Source of the DNA: Leptolyngbyaceae cyanobacterium
GTDB taxonomy: Bacteria > Cyanobacteriota > Cyanobacteriia > Phormidesmidales > Phormidesmidaceae
Direction: 5' to 3'
Assembly: GCA_965263355.1 (NCBI GenBank)
Contig: CBDHHL010000032.1
Location: 1,408,001 to 1,472,000 of the forward strand
Length of the DNA stretch: 64,000 nucleotides
In this document: piece by piece, positions 38,195-48,098 of the stretch
How positions within the stretch are numbered: the stretch's first letter is position 1
Layout: every line of letters starts with the position of its first letter
Translations under genes and position numbers: made by a program
Notes under the pieces: model-generated
The model's database searches: none
What the model was told of the DNA's origin: nothing
Seen by the model: only the letters and a program-made list of their open reading frames with translations

Positions 38195-39601
38195 TTAGTG
38201 CACAAGGGCATCTAACTGATGGCTGAAATAAAGACGATAAAGTTCGCAACTTGGCTTAACTAGGGTACGCTCAAACCGAATTAGCCCCAAACTATCAAGC
38301 TTATAACTAGCAATGGCATCCAGGGCAATTCCTTCCTGACTGGTAACCACCTGATAATAGCTGGTTGCTATGGCTGGATCACTTTGGAGCATTGTCAGAT
38401 AGTTCTGAAGATGATGGCGATAAATCCCCTCGCTGGTAGCAGCCGTGGACACAATTTGCCCCAAAGACCTTTGGCCTTGCTGCAATGTATAAAATGCCAA
38501 CCCAGCTAAGTAAGGATGACCGTTGATCAGATGGTAAAAAGAAGGCAGCGATTGCCCGGAGGGTTCATGCAAAAACCTTTCCACACCATAATGATGGGCC
38601 AGGGTCGTCAACTGCTCCAGGGTAAAGGGGATTAATTTAATCGGCAAACCCACGTTAAAAGGAGATTGATTTAAATGCAATGGTACATAGAGATCGGTAG
38701 CGTGAACCAGGACCAGCCGTAGTTTTTGCCAAATAGCACTATCTTTAGAGCGTTCATGCCATACCCGTAGCATGGGCAAAAAGTCTTGGACAATAGATTC
38801 GTATTCAAATATGCGATTCAGTTCGTCAATCCCTAACACCAGGGGAGCCGCAATCTCTTTCAATAGATAGCGCTCAAAGTAAAGCTTACAATTGACTTTA
38901 CTACCCATTTCTACGTCCCACATGGCCTCTACCTTAGACGGTAGCCCCAGTTGCTGACTGGCATTCGCACATAACCAACGAAGAAATCGATCCAGGCGAT
39001 CAAAAATTTCTCGGTCAACTTCCTGAAAATTTAGGGTAACGGTATGGTATCCCTGACGACGACCATGGGCTAGCAAGCGATTGAGCAAGGAACTTTTGCC
39101 CATGCGACGAGGGCCTTTAATCCTCAATAGACAGCCAGGGTAGTCTAATTCGCTAAAAGCATTGGTTTCCAGCGGTAGGCGCTCAACATAGAGCGGCGAC
39201 TCTAACGATAAGGGGCCGGATGGAAATCGTCTTGCCGCCATGGCATAGTCTACCGTTGGCAGCAGGTGATAATTTATGGTGTCAGGCAGTGGCTCTAGGG
39301 TGGGGCTAATGCTGATGTGGCGTGATATCGGTGAGTTAGTGATCGAAGCTTGCTGCAAACGGTTGGGGGTCAACATCAACCGCAGACTTTTTTTGCTGAC
39401 GTTTTCGCCTAAGGCAACAGAGAGTTCTGACCACAGCTTAGAGCCGATCTGCTTGATATATTCCGTAGCATAGCTGGAGCTTTGGGCGATCTCAGCATAG
39501 CTACGCTGAGACCAAGACTCATTTAAGACCAAGCGCTCCAGCGTTCCCAACGGTCGTTGTAATAGCTGTTCTACTTCAAGTACAAGCGTATCTACATCCA
39601 T
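38195..39601 (-). CDS. N-terminal HTH + AAA_35 (STAND-like) ATPase
   Basis: W.QRSYAEIAQ...IKQIGSKLW..LS.ALGENVSKK HTH; SPLYVER, Walker A GPRRMGKSS, LGIDE, QSPFNVG. Start placed at ATG 39601; the ORF is open from 39685. Confidence 0.88.
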   Translation of the reverse strand: MDVDTLVLEVEQLLQRPLGTLERLVLNESWSQRSYAEIAQSSSYATEYIKQIGSKLWSELSVALGENVSKKSLRLMLTPNRLQQASITNSPISRHISISPTLEPLPDTINYHLLPTVDYAMAARRFPSGPLSLESPLYVERLPLETNAFSELDYPGCLLRIKGPRRMGKSSLLNRLLAHGRRQGYHTVTLNFQEVDREIFDRLDRFLRWLCANASQQLGLPSKVEAMWDVEMGSKVNCKLYFERYLLKEIAAPLVLGIDELNRIFEYESIVQDFLPMLRVWHERSKDSAIWQKLRLVLVHATDLYVPLHLNQSPFNVGLPIKLIPFTLEQLTTLAHHYGVERFLHEPSGQSLPSFYHLINGHPYLAGLAFYTLQQGQRSLGQIVSTAATSEGIYRHHLQNYLTMLQSDPAIATSYYQVVTSQEGIALDAIASYKLDSLGLIRFERTLVKPSCELYRLYFSHQLDALVH

Positions 39602-39759
39602 CAGAGAACAAGGTTGAGCTATAAAACAATTAGCGCTCAAAGATAATGCTAGACAGGCTCTACCATTACCAAGGTCGGTGAGCACTGAATATTGGTTTGA
39701 CGCTAGATTTTACAGAATCCTACCATTTTCGCTGGGGAACCTTGACTCCGGAACTCGTC

Positions 39760-40218
39760 CTAGGCTGCTTTCACAAGGACCGTGTCTCCCTCAATCATGG
39801 CATCATAGGCATCTAGCGGTCTGACGGCAGGTCCAACCGTTGCGGTACCGTCCGTGGCAAATTTTGAACCATGACAGGCACAGGAAAATTCTTTTTCCTG
39901 CCAATCAACGGTGCAGCCTTGGTGGGTACAGGTGGCATTGAGGGCAATCACACTGTCGGTATTAGCTGGGTCGCGCACTACGATTACAGCACCAGCTGCC
40001 AGGCCTTTCTTGGTCACAAAGCCTTTGGCGTCTAAATCTGCTACCGTGCCGACGGCAACAAAGCCATCGGTTCTGGAAGCTTCATTGGCTGGAGTTGCAG
40101 TCCCTTCTGTGGGGGTATCCGATGCGGTTTCTTTTGGGGTGCAGGCTGCGATCGCAACCGGCAACGATGTGGCCAAAAATCCCAACCCGACAAAGTTTAC
40201 AAATTCACGACGTTTCAT
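39760..40218 (-). CDS. Rieske [2Fe-2S] lipoprotein with Tat signal (PetC-like)
   Basis: MKRREF twin-arginine signal, lipobox IAAC, CTHQGC and CACHGS. Confidence 0.92.
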   Translation of the reverse strand: MKRREFVNFVGLGFLATSLPVAIAACTPKETASDTPTEGTATPANEASRTDGFVAVGTVADLDAKGFVTKKGLAAGAVIVVRDPANTDSVIALNATCTHQGCTVDWQEKEFSCACHGSKFATDGTATVGPAVRPLDAYDAMIEGDTVLVKAA

Positions 40219-40433
40219 AAAATGCTCCTCTCCATTCGTTATTAGCCGTTAATACCGATTCGTAGCCTTAAGCCACTGATTAGTCCGGCCAAGCCAAGAT
40301 TGCCTCAGGGGTAATAATCCCATTGCTGGAACCCCATTGGTTATCGCTGTCAGATAAAAGTGTACTGTGATCCTGAGGGTGGCAAAAGGGGTTTATTTTA
40401 CCGAATGGGTCAACGAACCCATGGGTCAAACTA

Positions 40434-41975
40434 TTATCCATAGATCACTGTTATCGTTCGTCCTGATGACGTGACAGCTGTCTCTATGCTGGTCCTTTCC
40501 GAGAGTGGTTCCGGTCCCTGGCGTTGATCAAAAATAACTAACCAGCCACTCTCTAGCCCTAGCCCTGTTAAATATCGATCCAGTTGCTTCAAGCCACGGT
40601 CCAACGGATTTGATTCTCCTTGACGCCATACCTTTAGCTCAATGCCTAATATTACTGCTCCATAGCGTAAACATAGATCCATACGACCTGAGCCAATTGC
40701 ATATTCGCGCTCCAGGATTCCACCGCCGTTCACAACTCGATGTAGAAACGCCATCATAACAATGTGTGGTGCAATCTCGTGATACGAGACACCGCGCAAT
40801 AGGGGTTGGCCATGCTGTCTCCAGAAAGCTACAAACGCATCCCGTAGAGCAACAATATCCAATTCTCCGGTTTCTGTTAGCCAGCTTGGGTTTAATCTGC
40901 CGAGGGATACCTCTGTTGTGAAGGCTAGGGTGCGGGGTAAAATTTCGCGATAAATTGGGTTGGCAATGGCTAAGTTGCCGGTTTCATCGATCCGACACAG
41001 GCCTAAATCTAGTAAAAACTCTATGTCGTCATTAGCTACTGGACCTAGCTCTTGACCGGCCAGCATGGGTTCCAAGATTGCTTGCACTCGAGTTTCTTGC
41101 AGGCGCTCAGCTAAACTATCGATGTGGGTATCGCGTCGTTGAATCAAACTCTCTCTTGCTTGATCAACTAAGTGGATATCAATGTTTTGAGTTGTATTAT
41201 CGATGAGTTCTTCAACGATTTCTTTGGCAATTGCATTTACTAACCAGGGCTGCCCCTGGGTCAGTTCAAACACGCGGGCAATGGCTGCTGGTGTAAATAG
41301 CTGACCTGTGGTGTCGGTATGTTGCTGGTATAGCTGCTGAACTTCTGTTTGGGTAAAGTTCCGCATGGTGAGCGATGCCACTTTAATGTTAAAAGGGCTG
41401 GATGTATTGAGGCGCTGACTGCCGCCAGAGGCGACTTTGTAGTCTCGAACGTCTCGCATGCCAATCAGCCCCAGGGCATGGGGAAAATGGTTAGGGCGAC
41501 GGGATGCGCCATCGCGCAGCTGGCGTAGAATGCCGATAAGGATATCGTCTTGTAGGGCGTCAATTTCGTCTATAAATATGACCAGGGGGCGGGGGGAGGA
41601 TTCTGCCCACAGTTGTAGGGCGGCATTAAGACGACTGCTGCTGGGGAGAGTGGACCAGTCGGGATGGAGTTCGGGGGGTAACCAGGCTCGGATTGCGCCC
41701 TGCCATGCGGTGAGGATGGCGGTTTCTGCGGCGTCCAGGGTTGGTTTGGCGGCCCCTACTTCGACGGATAGTAATATGGCAGTGTATTGGCCACTGGCAG
41801 TAAGTTGCTGGGCCAGGGTTAGCATGGCTGTTGTTTTACCGACCTGACGGGGGGCGTAGATGACGAAGTATTCTTGCTGGGTGATGATGCGCTTGACGTT
41901 TGGGAGTCGGTCAAGCGGGGGCAACATATAGTGGATTTCAGGACGACATGGACCTGCGGTATTAAACCAGGGCAT
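40434..41975 (-). CDS. AAA-like ATPase with C-terminal PD-(D/E)XK-like domain
   Basis: FNTAGPC, APRQVGKTT, IFIDEID, SPFNIK; C-terminal REYAIGSGRMDL...IELK...QLDRYL. Confidence 0.85.
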   Translation of the reverse strand: MPWFNTAGPCRPEIHYMLPPLDRLPNVKRIITQQEYFVIYAPRQVGKTTAMLTLAQQLTASGQYTAILLSVEVGAAKPTLDAAETAILTAWQGAIRAWLPPELHPDWSTLPSSSRLNAALQLWAESSPRPLVIFIDEIDALQDDILIGILRQLRDGASRRPNHFPHALGLIGMRDVRDYKVASGGSQRLNTSSPFNIKVASLTMRNFTQTEVQQLYQQHTDTTGQLFTPAAIARVFELTQGQPWLVNAIAKEIVEELIDNTTQNIDIHLVDQARESLIQRRDTHIDSLAERLQETRVQAILEPMLAGQELGPVANDDIEFLLDLGLCRIDETGNLAIANPIYREILPRTLAFTTEVSLGRLNPSWLTETGELDIVALRDAFVAFWRQHGQPLLRGVSYHEIAPHIVMMAFLHRVVNGGGILEREYAIGSGRMDLCLRYGAVILGIELKVWRQGESNPLDRGLKQLDRYLTGLGLESGWLVIFDQRQGPEPLSERTSIETAVTSSGRTITVIYG

Positions 41976-42018
41976 GAACAGCTGAAGCAAGGAGCGGTTC
42001 TATTGTAAACTGTGCTTC

Positions 42019-42258
42019 CTATTCAAAATGCTCTTCATCTGTTTCCAAAAATTCTGTATGTAATTGACAAAAATCAGCAATATTGTGACTATAGAGCACT
42101 CGATCTTGTTCTGTTGCCAATCTCAGTTGTTCCTTATCAAGTAGTCCAGCCGTATCTGTTTCATTAACAGTTATCACATCAATATTACGAGCCCGCAATG
42201 CACGGACCAACGCTTGATCCATCGAATCTTCGTCGATGTAAAAACGAATTTGACTCAT
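42019..42258 (-). pseudogene. DUF5615 PIN-like toxin, C-terminally truncated
   Basis: RFYIDED, D.EQL..A..Q.RVL.SHNIADF; stops right after the conserved His where homologues continue (HxGII...). Confidence 0.65.
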
Positions 42259-42547
42259 GCTTGAAAACCTGTGAATTGAGCCTCAAGCCTTTTAGCCGCC
42301 TCTGCTTGAGCAGCTAAATCATCTTCAATTTCCTGAGTGTTAGCATGATAATAGGTTAGCGCTCCATAGACCTCTGCTAACGATAAGTGACCAAATTGCG
42401 ATGCAATTTCCTCTGCATTAAGCCCCTTTTTATACCAAAAAGCAATTTTACAAACCATCACTCCTTTACCGCTAATATGAGGCTTACCACCATGTAAACC
42501 AGGTGTTCGAGTAATTAGCGTAGAAATTCAACAAGTGCAGCAACCAT
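42255..42547 (-). pseudogene. DUF433 antitoxin, frameshifted
   Basis: ATG 42547 MVAALVE is out of frame with TLITRTPGLHGGKPHISGKGV...EEIA..F..LSLAEVYGALTYY; one base is missing near 42525. Confidence 0.75.
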
Positions 42548-42716
42548 AAGCTTTACTCTTGGTAGGGCCTAGTATTATATCAGGTTGGACCATGCATTTC
42601 TTCTGCTAAAAAATTAGCTCTAAATTCTAGTAGTTTAATCAGAGAAAAGCCGTTAAGGAGTGGGGCGGCAGCTACTTGGATGATCTCATTGCTGCGACAG
42701 CTTATCTAATAGACAA

Positions 42717-43820
42717 TTAGTTGCCACCTGTACTCTTAAGCCACTGATTTTTAGTCTGATCCAGTTGAGATTGACTCAGGGGAAATAACCCCACCTCTGA
42801 AATCACGTCAGGCATCTCTTTCAAATAAAAAGTCACGACAGCTTTGGTGGGGGTACCCGGTGATAACTGTTTTTGATCCACATACAAGAACAAAGATTGA
42901 ACCAATGGATACGCATTACTGTTAACCGTGTCTAAACTGGCGCTAATGCCATTAATAGGAATCGCCTTAAATGTTTGGGTAAAGCTCCCATGGATAGAGC
43001 CATTAATAAAGGCCATACCATTTGGCCGATTGCTGAGTCTTTGCACCATCGGTTCTGGATAGTCATAAAAGGTGGTACCGGGAGCATTGAGTAAAACAGC
43101 CCCATCTTCCGAAAACAGTTTTTGCGTGAGCAATGCAACTGTTGAGGAATTAGGACCAATCATGGCCCGTTCAATCGGTGCATTGGGCCAGCTTGGGTCA
43201 ACCTCTGACCAGGTTTGACGGGTAAGAATAGTTTTCAATTTTTCTAGATTGACCCCCCGCACAAAGTCATTTTGTTTGTTGACTACCACTAGTAACGGAT
43301 CTTTACCAATGGCCAGCCCTAGAGGCTGACGTCCCTTACCTTGGCAGGCATTGATTTCTGCCTCAGTCATGGCCCGGTTAACGGTTAAAAAATTAATCGT
43401 CGGATTTTGACAAAATTGTTGAATAGCAGCCCCTGCTTTTAGTGCATTGATATCCAGCACACCACTGTAACCTGCCTGAATCAGTTGCTGATACATTTGT
43501 TCATTAAAGGCCTCCATTGTCGGCGTGCTGGCCATGGTCAAATCTCCCCGGATAGCTAAGGGCGCATCTTCAGGGAGAGTGATAGAGCCTTGGGCAACGG
43601 ATGCTGCTTGCTGGAGACGGCTATTGGTAAGACTGGCTAAATTAGGATCAATCAGCGGCTCGACTTCATTAACGGCCTGTCTAAACTGGGCATAGGGATT
43701 GTTGGGATTTTCCTCTGGTTGTGAGACAGCGGGTGGGGCAATTGGGGCACACCCTGCTGCTAAACCAACCATAATGAGCCCACCTAAGGATTGCCACAAT
43801 TGCTTGAATTTATAGAACAT
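42717..43820 (-). CDS. PstS-like periplasmic binding lipoprotein (PBP2 fold)
   Basis: Lipobox LAAGC; QFC...NRAM...E...C, VVVNKQNDF, W.EVDPSWP, YPL...LFLYV. Confidence 0.8.
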   Translation of the reverse strand: MFYKFKQLWQSLGGLIMVGLAAGCAPIAPPAVSQPEENPNNPYAQFRQAVNEVEPLIDPNLASLTNSRLQQAASVAQGSITLPEDAPLAIRGDLTMASTPTMEAFNEQMYQQLIQAGYSGVLDINALKAGAAIQQFCQNPTINFLTVNRAMTEAEINACQGKGRQPLGLAIGKDPLLVVVNKQNDFVRGVNLEKLKTILTRQTWSEVDPSWPNAPIERAMIGPNSSTVALLTQKLFSEDGAVLLNAPGTTFYDYPEPMVQRLSNRPNGMAFINGSIHGSFTQTFKAIPINGISASLDTVNSNAYPLVQSLFLYVDQKQLSPGTPTKAVVTFYLKEMPDVISEVGLFPLSQSQLDQTKNQWLKSTGGN

Positions 43821-43827
43821 GGGGTGA

Positions 43828-44940
43828 TCAATCCTGGTGCACAGGAGCCGACTGAGAAATTGGCTGAAAGTCTGTTTTTACTCGGAGAATACCTTTGGCT
43901 AAACGCCCCAGACTATTCTTTTGGTTGGCGTAGTTAGCCAGGTCGGACACAGCCCAGGATGTTTTTGCATCTTGACGAGGACTGAGAATATGATTCAAAG
44001 CGGTCGCCATGGTCTCAACCTGATCGTAGCTTTGGGTCAAGGTGACTTGAGTCTGACGTTTCTGATACTGCAACCAGAGAATGCCACCAATAAGCAATAG
44101 TAAAAACCAAGTGTACATTAGCAAGCGATAGACTCTAGTATTTGCTAATGCCAGACGATAGCTGGCTTCCAAGGTGCTGGCGATGGGGGCAGTTGAGATA
44201 TCTAAAGGCTTTAGCAGCTGTGCGGTAACGTCTTCAATGAGAGGTTTTGCATTATAAATAATATTGGCATGGGATTGAACTAACTGTAAGGGTAGGTCTG
44301 CCTCTGAAATTTCCAGGGTATTTTGGAGTTGATTGAGTGTTTGCAACAGCGTCTGTAGTCTTGTAGAAAGCGCTTCGTCAGTGGTTGTCGTAAACAACAA
44401 TAAATTGCGGATGAGCTGGTTAAGCGTATTGTCTAAAACAGCGACTTTGTCAGCATCCAGGGCTTCTTTTAGTTTGGGGGTTTGCAGTTTCTCATCCAGC
44501 TGATCGCTCAAGAAGGGTAAATAGCGTAAGGAATTTTTTAATAGTGCATTGCGGGCTTTAAACCATTCGCTGACACTCTCTTTTTGCTCTAATGATGCTT
44601 GACGATTCTCTAGAAAACTATGAATCTGTTGCTGATCGCTAGCCTTAACAAAGCTAGGAATAGTTTTGAGGGAGGCCAGCACCTCCCCCTGTTCCACCAG
44701 GTTGTTTACAATGGGATCGTAATAGGCAAAGAGTTCATAGCGGGCTCGCAAGACTTCCTGGTAGAAGTTAGCCTCTAGCTCGCTGAGGCGGATGACCTTG
44801 TCCCGGTACTGCTGATACTGCTGGAAGGAAACCGGCAGACTTCTATAGATGAGCAACCCGGAAATTAGGAGAATGAATATGGCGTTTACAACCCCAAGTA
44901 CCTGCATCCACCGTTTCTTAAAAAGACGAGACTGCACCAT
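43828..44940 (-). CDS. DAHL-domain membrane sensor lacking a cytoplasmic output domain
   Basis: TM; EVLRARYELFAYYDPIV, FKARNALLKNSLRYLP; YRLLMY TM; short HAMP-like tail only. Confidence 0.75.
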   Translation of the reverse strand: MVQSRLFKKRWMQVLGVVNAIFILLISGLLIYRSLPVSFQQYQQYRDKVIRLSELEANFYQEVLRARYELFAYYDPIVNNLVEQGEVLASLKTIPSFVKASDQQQIHSFLENRQASLEQKESVSEWFKARNALLKNSLRYLPFLSDQLDEKLQTPKLKEALDADKVAVLDNTLNQLIRNLLLFTTTTDEALSTRLQTLLQTLNQLQNTLEISEADLPLQLVQSHANIIYNAKPLIEDVTAQLLKPLDISTAPIASTLEASYRLALANTRVYRLLMYTWFLLLLIGGILWLQYQKRQTQVTLTQSYDQVETMATALNHILSPRQDAKTSWAVSDLANYANQKNSLGRLAKGILRVKTDFQPISQSAPVHQD

Positions 44941-44944
44941 GGCT

Positions 44945-46000
44945 CTACTCCTGAATTTCGCCCGTCAATGACTGTAAAAACTGCATGATCAAGTCCACAT
45001 CGGCTTGGGGAATATCCACACCCAACTGGTATTTGCCCATAAGTTTAATGGCTTGGTCCAATGTTTGGGGATTGCCATCATGGAAGTAAGGTGAGGTAAG
45101 TGTGACATTGCGCAGTGTAGGCACCTTGAACACATGCTTATCTAGCTCGTTGTTGGTAACGTTGTAGCGCCCCAGATCAGCCTTAGTAATGGGTGAGCCT
45201 CGATCGGCAAAATAGTCTCCAAAAATGCCCAGGGTTTGGAACATGTTGCCGCCCACTAACATGCCCTGGTGACAGCTGACACAGCCGTAGGCCTTAAAGA
45301 GATCGTACCCCTGCTTGGCCTCCTGGGAAATGGCATCTTTTTGACCACGTAGGTATTGGTCAAAGGGGGCATTGGGGGTGTACAGAGAGCGTTGGAAGGT
45401 TGCGATCGCATCGCGAATATTGTCCGGCGTAATCCCATCACTGTAAGCCTGGGAAAAACTCTCCCGATAGTCTGATGACGTGCCTACTTTAGTCATCACA
45501 TCTTGCCAGGTCATACCTCCCATTTCGCCCACCTTGGAAATGGGGCCATTGATCTGTTCTTCTAGGGTGGCAGCACTCCCATCCCAATTCAGTCGGTGCA
45601 TAAAGCCGGTGTTTAATACCGTCGGCGAATTGAGGCCTGTATTCCCCCCGGCCATACCAATGGAAATGGGCTTACGATCAGTACCCCCCTTATCCAGAGA
45701 ATGGCATGTAGCACAGGACACCGTATTGTCAGCCGATAGTCGAGGATCGTGGAAAAGCTCATCACCCAGCTGTACCCTGTTGGGATCTAACTCTCCCTTC
45801 AATGTCAACGGAATTGGCTGAATCGGCTCAGCTAATAGGATCTCAGCTGCGACAGCAGCATCGGATACATCAGCAGCGGGACGTTGCCAAAAACGCGTTA
45901 TGCCAAACGCGGCTAAAATCGCCAAACAAAATAAAACCCCTAATGTGGCTACTTTTTTAAATCGATTTGACGTTCGTAAAGACCAGAGTTTTGAAATCAT
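44945..46000 (-). CDS. Di-heme cytochrome c peroxidase (CCP/MauG family)
   Basis: LFHDPRLS, CATCH, NSPTVLN, CVSCH, FKVPTLRNV..TSPYFHDG, M..YQLG. Confidence 0.95.
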   Translation of the reverse strand: MISKLWSLRTSNRFKKVATLGVLFCLAILAAFGITRFWQRPAADVSDAAVAAEILLAEPIQPIPLTLKGELDPNRVQLGDELFHDPRLSADNTVSCATCHSLDKGGTDRKPISIGMAGGNTGLNSPTVLNTGFMHRLNWDGSAATLEEQINGPISKVGEMGGMTWQDVMTKVGTSSDYRESFSQAYSDGITPDNIRDAIATFQRSLYTPNAPFDQYLRGQKDAISQEAKQGYDLFKAYGCVSCHQGMLVGGNMFQTLGIFGDYFADRGSPITKADLGRYNVTNNELDKHVFKVPTLRNVTLTSPYFHDGNPQTLDQAIKLMGKYQLGVDIPQADVDLIMQFLQSLTGEIQE

Positions 46001-46071
46001 AAGGAAACACGCCTAAATCAAATACTTACTCATTAATCCGCAATTCTAGCAATCCTCAGTTTGCTAGGGAT

Positions 46072-46093
46072 TTTCTTCAATTTATTGAAGAAA
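46072..46093. promoter_or_regulatory. Perfect palindrome upstream of the peroxidase operon (candidate operator)
   Basis: TTTCTTCAAT-TT-ATTGAAGAAA about 70 bp upstream of ATG 46000. Confidence 0.45.
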
Positions 46094-46292
46094 GAAAGAA
46101 GCTAACGCAAAGTGTCAAAAGTATGGGTGAACAGGTGCATAGTCAATCTGCTCTTAGTAATGGCCATCAAGCCGTCTCCCGTACATATAAGTAAAGGCCT
46201 ACACGTTACAGGCTCGACCTGATCGCATAGAGTATGTTACCAACTTGTTGAATAATCGATGTTGAAAGGGCGAAAACGTTATCTCCCCATGG

Positions 46293-46634
46293 TCAAACGT
46301 CATCCCAGTACTTATATTTACCAGCATCAAGCTGAGCCTGCCATTGGTCTTGTTCTTTTATCAGAAAATCTAACTTTTCTAAGTCTCCTAACTTCTCTCT
46401 TCGCCAAATCTCACGCTGGAGCCAGCCTAATCTGATCCGAACATAGTAAGCGTCATAGATATCTTGAAAGCCAAATTTATGGTGCCACTGTCGGCTCCCT
46501 TGGTTGCAGATGTGATACGTGCTAAAGAGTTCGTTGAAGTTGGCCGATCGCAGATGATCAATTCCGGAGAGCACCATAGCGGTAGCCATACCCCGTCTTT
46601 GAAATAAGGACATGGGAACGTTTCGTCGCTTCAT
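46293..46634 (-). pseudogene. C-terminal fragment of a GNAT acetyltransferase
   Basis: QRRGMATAM (motif A) and N..S..WH.KFGF (motif B); N-terminal half absent. Confidence 0.55.
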
Positions 46635-46708
46635 CGCGATACCCTGGACAAAATCAGGCCGATTTTACCGCAACCGCCAGTGACCTTATGCAATTGAATA
46701 CGTAGAGC

Positions 46709-47089
46709 CTATGCATCCTGATAAGCTCGCCAGCCACCAAATTCTGTAATTTCCTTTTTCCCTTCCACCGTCAACGGTTCGCCGATAACGCCTAAAACCT
46801 CTTCACCATCGTGGAGTTTAACCTTGCCAATGGCCAGACCGGGTGGTTCCTGAGAAAGAATGATACCCAAACCTGCCAGGGGGACCTGCCATACTTCAAC
46901 CGCCACAGCAACGCCCCCTGAGCTAACCTTGATCATAGCCGGATAGTTGTCGTCTATGGACCAGATGCGGTAGCTGGGTTCTGTTTTAGCGTCCCGTTCA
47001 AAAGTGGCGTTAACATTAAGGAGATTTGGGTTGAGGGCAAGTCCTCGCATCAGGGTGCCATTGACGGCAAGTTTTATGGTTTCAGTCAT
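46709..47089 (-). CDS. Standalone allophanate hydrolase C-terminal (GGCT-like) domain protein
   Basis: LAVNGTLMRGLALN, VEVW, PPGLAIGKVKL.DG..V.G, ITEFGGWRAY. Confidence 0.8.
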   Translation of the reverse strand: MTETIKLAVNGTLMRGLALNPNLLNVNATFERDAKTEPSYRIWSIDDNYPAMIKVSSGGVAVAVEVWQVPLAGLGIILSQEPPGLAIGKVKLHDGEEVLGVIGEPLTVEGKKEITEFGGWRAYQDA

Positions 47090-47092
47090 GGG

Positions 47093-48040
47093 TTATTCCT
47101 CCTTTCCCAATGCTCCCGGCAACCCCACCAATGTTCTCTGCGGCGAGCATGTCACTACCATAATCAATAATGTCAAAATATACGGGGCCGCATTAAACAA
47201 ATAATAATAAGAATCCACACCCACTGACTGAAATGCTGGACCAATCGCTTGGGCTCCCCCAAACAACAAGGACGCCCACAGACACTGAATGGGATTCCAC
47301 CGGGCAAAAATGACCAGAGCCACCGCCATCAACCCCTGACCGCTGGAGATCCGCTCCGTCCAGACGCCTGGATAATAGAGCGACAGACAGGCCCCACCAA
47401 TGCCAGCTAAAAAGCTCCCGGCAACAATGCTAAACATGCGTACCTTAAAGGTGGAAATCCCCATGGCTCGGGCTGCCTCGGGACTATCGCCCACAGCTCG
47501 GATATATAACCCCCAGCGGGTATAGCGAAAGAACCAATGGAGGAGAGGCGCGATCGCAACCCCCAACAAAAACAATGGACTAATTTTCAACGCCGCCTGG
47601 ATCGGCGGGCTTGAACTCCAATTTCCCCAGTCAAAGGTAAACAGCTGGGGTGCCTGGGGTTGAATAAAGGGTTTGCCTAGGAAAAAGGCTAACCCACTGC
47701 CAAAAACAATCATAGCAATGCCAGTGGCCACATCATTTACCCGAGGCTGTTGGGATAACCAACCGTGAATAGCGCCCAGGGCCATGCCAGATAAGCCTGC
47801 TACTAGCACACCTAACCACGGTGCCCAAAAGGGGCCGACCAGATCTTGAGACAGATAGGACACTCCGTAGGCACTCATGGCCCCCATCAGGAGAGTACCT
47901 TCCAACCCCAGGTTGATCTTGCCACTTTTTTCCGTCAGGCATTCTCCTAGACTGACAAACAAAAATGGAGCACTGCCTCGTAATGTTCCGGCAATAATTC
48001 CTAATGGGATTCCCCATAGCCCTAATGATTCTGTTGCCAT
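47093..48040 (-). CDS. ABC transporter permease (nucleoside/BMP type)
   Basis: LGECLTEKSGKINLGLEG, RAVGDSPEAARAMGI, GQGLMAVALVIFARW. Confidence 0.92.
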   Translation of the reverse strand: MATESLGLWGIPLGIIAGTLRGSAPFLFVSLGECLTEKSGKINLGLEGTLLMGAMSAYGVSYLSQDLVGPFWAPWLGVLVAGLSGMALGAIHGWLSQQPRVNDVATGIAMIVFGSGLAFFLGKPFIQPQAPQLFTFDWGNWSSSPPIQAALKISPLFLLGVAIAPLLHWFFRYTRWGLYIRAVGDSPEAARAMGISTFKVRMFSIVAGSFLAGIGGACLSLYYPGVWTERISSGQGLMAVALVIFARWNPIQCLWASLLFGGAQAIGPAFQSVGVDSYYYLFNAAPYILTLLIMVVTCSPQRTLVGLPGALGKEE

Positions 48041-48098
48041 GGCTGATAATCACCCCCGTTATAAATCTGCGTTTCCTTTGTTCTTTTCGCTGCCCACC

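Noticed and set aside
44945..46000. MauG-type maturase for the quinone oxidase
   Set aside because: CTQ in LodA/GoxA is made by the adjacent flavoprotein, and this protein has the CCP-type C-terminal M..YQLG motif.
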